DNA of 64,000 nt from Klebsormidium nitens (Eukaryota; Plantae; Klebsormidiophyceae). Position 1 is the first letter of the stretch. Every line of letters starts with the position of its first letter. The position numbers and the translations under genes were made by a program. Shown in pieces: positions 59,396-64,000 of this stretch. Under the pieces are notes generated by a model. The model was given only the letters and a program-made list of their open reading frames with translations, was not told the DNA's origin and made no database searches. Location of the stretch: assembly GCA_000708835.1 (NCBI GenBank), contig DF236994.1, positions 62,001 through 126,000 on the forward strand, in the 5' to 3' direction.

Positions 59396-60137
59396 GTGAG
59401 CATATCTTTCTCGGTGGCCCTCTTGCGGCCAATTTCAGATTTTTGCCAATCAAGGTGGCAGCCTTGTCTCATCTACTCATTGTTTTGTTGCTTCGCTATC
59501 TGAAGGAGCTCTCGAGTCTTTTTAGTCTCTCTGCGGAAAACGCACCGGTGGAGCTTGATAGAGTCTTACAGATATTTCACAAAGCGTGGAGGTCACAGCG
59601 ATCCGCAATATGCACGGAGGCAACCATAACTTTCACGACTGAAAACGGCGCTCCGCTAACAAGCTCTCGCCTCGCTGTGGCAGTCTAAAGAGGCACGCTG
59701 CCTGCGCCGGAGAGAGTGCGGCCCACGTCGCTCTAGAAGGTGCGCTCCAATCAAAGTTTCCCACTGTACATTCAGAGGATCCGAAGCTCTGTAAGGTCAC
59801 CTGTCTCTTTCAGGGTCTCAACAGGCTTGTGCTCTTTCCTCGTCCGCTCTCTCACCTTGAATACAGTCTTTAAGCGCGCAGCGGCATCAGCCACGGAATC
59901 AGTCAGTGTCCTTGTGCCCTTTCACTAGTCTTTCCTGTGTTCTCTCTGAGTTGATTAAACTGATTGAGCGCCCAACGGCGTTAGCCAGCGAAATTTCTGC
60001 GGCTTCATGCCCTTGAAAATGCAGCCGGAGCTTCGTGCCTCTCTCCCCACGTGCGCAGTCACCACGATCAGATGCTTAACCCCGCCGTTCCACAACAAAC
60101 CTTTCGCTCACCTCCCCGTCTCTGTTGCCACGCGCAG

Positions 60138-62721
60138 AACACGTCCGAGCGGCCCAGGCTCATTTTGCCGCCTCCCTCGCTGACGTCACCCAGGCGCTCG
60201 CTGACGTCAGCCCCGGCAGGCCGGAGTCCAAGCTCGGCGCAGCCGCCTTCGCGTTCGGAGACCTGGGCCTGCCCGCGGCCCTGGTTGCGCGGCTGGTAGA
60301 CTTGAGGCGGCAGCAAGCTGCACGGACGGTCCAAAGGGGCGTGCGAAAATGGTCAAGTGATCGAAGGAGGGAAGCGGGAGAGGAAGAGGTGAGGGTGTGC
60401 TTGGCAGAGAAAAAGGATTCAGACTTTTGCGACCTGCTTGAATGGAAAAACCAGTATGTCGGGCCAGGAAAGAAGATGTGCCTCACCTTTGTCAGTGTGC
60501 GACCGCAATAAATCTGCATCGAAAAATTGAGCGCTTTTCGTGACGTAATAGGAGGACTTGTATGACCGTCCTGCGCAACAACCAGGTCCCGGCAGGCCGT
60601 AGCGATGCCGGATGGGCCCGACGGGAACTAGCAAGAGTATCAAAGACGAGTACTGCCCATATGAATCTAGTCTCTGTTGAAGATGGACCACAGCTCCAAG
60701 CGTTGTCTTTTTTCTTGTTCGTACAGCTTATCCAACGGCAAGAAGCCTTCCGACAAAATCGTGCCGCACAACGGATCCAGGACGCCTTCCGGACAGACTG
60801 GCGCAAGCAGCGGACGCGCCTCGCCGTTGTCCGTTCCGTCCGTTTGCGCACTTCCGCTGGAAAGATCCAGCGAGCGTTCCGTTGTCTGCTGCGCCGGCGG
60901 CGCGCGGCATGCAAGCACCTAGATAGAGTCGCCGCGCAAAGAGCTGCCTTGCGTCAATGGAAGGCCGATCGGAAAATTGACATTCTGCGGCAAAGAGCGG
61001 AATCGGCAGCATTGAAACGCGGGGAGGAGAAACGGAGGTGGTTCGCCGCTGTGCGAATACAGAGCGCGGTTCGCAGGATTTGGGCGAAGCGCGATGCGAG
61101 ACGGCGGCGGTGGGCGGTGGGCGTGTTGCAGAAGTGGGCGAGGGGGTGGGGGGTGCGGAGAAACATGTGGTGGCACAGGGCCGTGAAGCAGATGCGGGAA
61201 CGGCGGAGGGAGGCCGCCAGGTGGGCTTTCTGTGAACACTTTGCTGTGCACCCCGCGATCAGGGTTGGTAGTTCGTCTACGTAGTACGGAAGCCTCGCTT
61301 GTCTGCTTTCTGCTCGACCGATAATTCCATAAGGGCTTCGTTCTTAGGAGCGAGCGGGTCGAGAACAAAGGCCGAACGAACTCCGCCATCTTAGTCGTTT
61401 CTCGGCTCGCAGCTTATACCGTTGCCTGACGTTCGCGTAATAACGGACGGCTGAGACTTTGACACTTGTCTGCCCACTTCGACTTCACTGGGTCTCCAAT
61501 ATTGCGTTTACTTCTTCAAACCACAGAGCAGAAGCCTAGAACAGGCCAGCGCGCGATGCTGGGAACACGAAAGAAAGATTGACGAGAACTGACAATTGCA
61601 ATCCCTCCATTCATGCGCAGAGTAAAGGCCCGAAAGCAGGCCATTGCGCAGAGTTGGACCGCCGCCGATCGCGCCCTCACCCGCCTGGCCGCGCTCCAAG
61701 CTGACGTTCGCCGCACGCGGGACGCGATCGAGCGCGAGAAGGCGGGGTTTGCGGCTCAGTGGGCGCGCTGGCTGGAGGGTTTGGAGCGAAGCGCGTCGGC
61801 GCAACCGCTTCCGCGGGGGTGGCTGCGGCAGAGAACTTCGAGCACGGGGAAGGAGGGCTACGTAAACACGAGAACGGCGGAGAGTCAGGTACGGTATACT
61901 TAGGGCTAGCTTTGCCGTGCTTGTCGGTTGGAAGAATAAAAGCCCTGTGGGGAGCGGGGTTCGCTGAATCCTGCTACAGCTCTAGAGGATGTTCAAGCCA
62001 CGGATCTTGACAATATTACCGACACCCGGGTCTTCTTGTACCACTTTGCCTTCGAAGCGGTCCTCCATCGCTCGTCCTATCACATGTTCTGATGCCCACG
62101 ACTTTCCAGCAATAGGCAATTTCTGACGGCCACGTCGCCTTTCAATCTTCAAGAAGGCTCGCAGTTTCATTTGAGACGAACTTTCATACGACCGTTTCCT
62201 CCGACCTTGACCGGTGTAATCCATTGAGAGCAGTCAGTCGTCACCGACGGTCTGGGAGGCCTGAGGTTCGTCCTAATCGCAGTCTATGGGGCTGGACGTA
62301 TTGGAGCATTCGCCTTTGAGAGCCCCTGTCAGAATCCTCAGCGCTGCCGCTGCATCTGTGATCGCCTCATACTTACCACCGTCTTCCCTGTGTGTTGCGA
62401 TTGTTTCTTTGCGGAACCGTCAGTCTGTGAATATATTGCGTCATTTTGATGTGTCCGAGGATGCCGTCTCATTCACCCTTTCATTCACCATGGGCTTAAG
62501 TTGCTGACGTAACCTCTGTCGTCATCCTGCAGGCGTTGCACCCGGCTCTCGTCGGCCTCCTTCCTGAAATTGAGGTGCAAAGAGCGAAGGGGCAGGAGGG
62601 CTTCCGGGCACGGTTGGCCGCCCTCGAGGCGCGGCTCGCTCCGCTGGAAGAAGCAGCCGAAGTAGAACGGAATGACGTTCTGAATATTGAAATGCTCCGC
62701 GCTCTGGTCACTTGTACATGA
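60138..62721 (+). CDS. IQ-motif (calmodulin-binding) and WW-like domain protein, 3' four exons
   Basis: Exons 60138-60388, 60727-61220, 61621-61888 and 62533-62721 splice in frame. IQ-like motifs include AARTVQRGVR, AAQRIQDAFR, SAGKIQRAFR, AAVRIQSAVR and AVGVLQKWARGW. A WW-like segment PLPRGWLRQRTSSTGKEGYVNTRTAESQ/ALHP and a terminal coiled coil follow. Confidence 0.7.
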
Positions 62722-64000
62722 TTGTACTTTGATTCGTCAATGAGAACTTCTTCCAGTCTAATTTGCAGAGCGCGTAGTCCAGAACTAGCACCATCGAAGC
62801 GCCACTATTTGCTAGCTTACCGTTTACCACGTGCAACTAAAGGTTCGTTCCGTAAGATAAACAATTACAGTGCAACCGCGCTTACGGACATATTCCCGTC
62901 AAACCGGAGCATATGTCCTGACGAGTCGTCTGCTAAGGAGTTTATCATTGTAATTGTCAACGGTTACATCCAGCATCCACCGTCCAATCATTTCGACGTC
63001 AAGGTGGCCTCCAAGTCGAGGCTTCTCAAAGGCGTACGCACGCATCAGGAGCATGCTAACTTAGGTTCGAGGACCATCCTTTCTCACCAGCTAGCTAGCA
63101 TTCTCTCACCCTTTGGAAAAGGCGGCAGCCACAATTTCCATGCAGCATTTCTAATTCAAGCTTCAAGCTGGCGTCCATGCAATGAAGAATGTTGTCAGAA
63201 TCGACATGCAGATCCGTTCTTCTGATCATATCTGCACTGATTCAATGGGGATGCACGTGGTCGTGCATTAGCCGTGGTTAGTGCGGCACGCAACCGACAT
63301 GCACGCTGCTTTCATACTGAGCAAGTATCGACTACCAGTAGCGAAAATGCCATGATGATCTAGTTTTTCCGCGCCTTCGTTGCATGACGTAAGCTGCCAA
63401 TCAAGAATGTTCAATGCACATGGAACGATCGACGCCGAGTGATGGCTCATCACGGTTGCAAGAAAAGTATCTGCAACTTTCAAACAAGAGTGGCGGCTAG
63501 GTGCGGCCATCACTTGGACTCAGTCAGGTCGAACAGTTCCAACGGTCCTACGTGGCAGGTAAAGGCTGTTGTCGGAAAGATATGCGCGCGCTGCTGGTGC
63601 TATAATTTGAGCCGTCGACTTGGAATGAGCTATTTCAAACCGTTTGATCATGTGTCGGGGTTTCCCGCCCTTCGTTTTTGGGCGCATTCGTATGCTTGGC
63701 ACTTGGGATTGACGTGCAACACACGTGGACTCGTCTGCAGACACTATTCGCAACGCTGCTTTTGACTTCCAGTCACTCTGTGCTGATGAGCGCCTCTCTC
63801 TGAGATTGGCGACCTGTGCCAATTCTGCAGGTCTTCGTGGGATCTGCGTCATGGAGCGGTGAAGTTCTTTGCTTACTCCGAGTTGCCTGAGCCAAAAAAG
63901 TGGGAGGCAACGAGAAGCACTTTATCCAAAAAGCAGGCTCATCGATGAAGAACTTCAAGTTCTTCGTGCAGCAAAGCGGAAGCTAGGACACAGAAAAGCT

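Noticed and set aside
63930-64000. Possible exon fragment and palindrome GAAGAACTT-C-AAGTTCTTC at the window end
   Set aside because: Too short and truncated by the window edge to assign.
1-64000. tRNA, rRNA or snoRNA genes (including in the RPL41 intron)
   Set aside because: No cloverleaf, rRNA-like segment or convincing C/D or H/ACA box pair was seen by eye. tRNAscan-SE or Infernal would be needed to exclude them.

Overview
Eukaryotic nuclear genomic DNA, gene-dense and intron-rich, with GT-AG introns and GC-rich exons. Plant-type genes (IRE/MAST-like AGC kinase, FLY1/TUL1-type E3 ligase, AMI1/Toc64-family amidase, plant-type EXO1 C-terminus) occur beside an axonemal dynein light chain (DNAL4). 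This suggests a flagellate-stage streptophyte alga such as Klebsormidium (inference, not verified). Splicing exons by hand gives about 12 protein-coding genes: amidase (-, partial), nicalin (+), EXO1 (+), an orphan gene (-), DNAL4 (+), IRE-like kinase (-), RING/TRAF-zinc-finger protein (+), HMG-CoA lyase (-), FLY1/TUL1-like E3 (+), an intronless putative plastid protein (-), the 25-aa ribosomal protein eL41 (-, absent from the ORF track) and an IQ/WW protein (+). The most unusual feature is a recurrent intron architecture: about 20 degenerate tandem 'echo' copies of the 3' splice site plus the first 30-110 nt of the next exon, stacked inside introns directly upstream of the real acceptor. They occur in 5 IRE introns, 2 FLY1 introns and 1 nicalin intron. 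One set is fully in frame with the real exon. No rRNA, tRNA, CRISPR array or coding transposon could be supported. Exon coordinates were derived by eye and may be off by a few bases.
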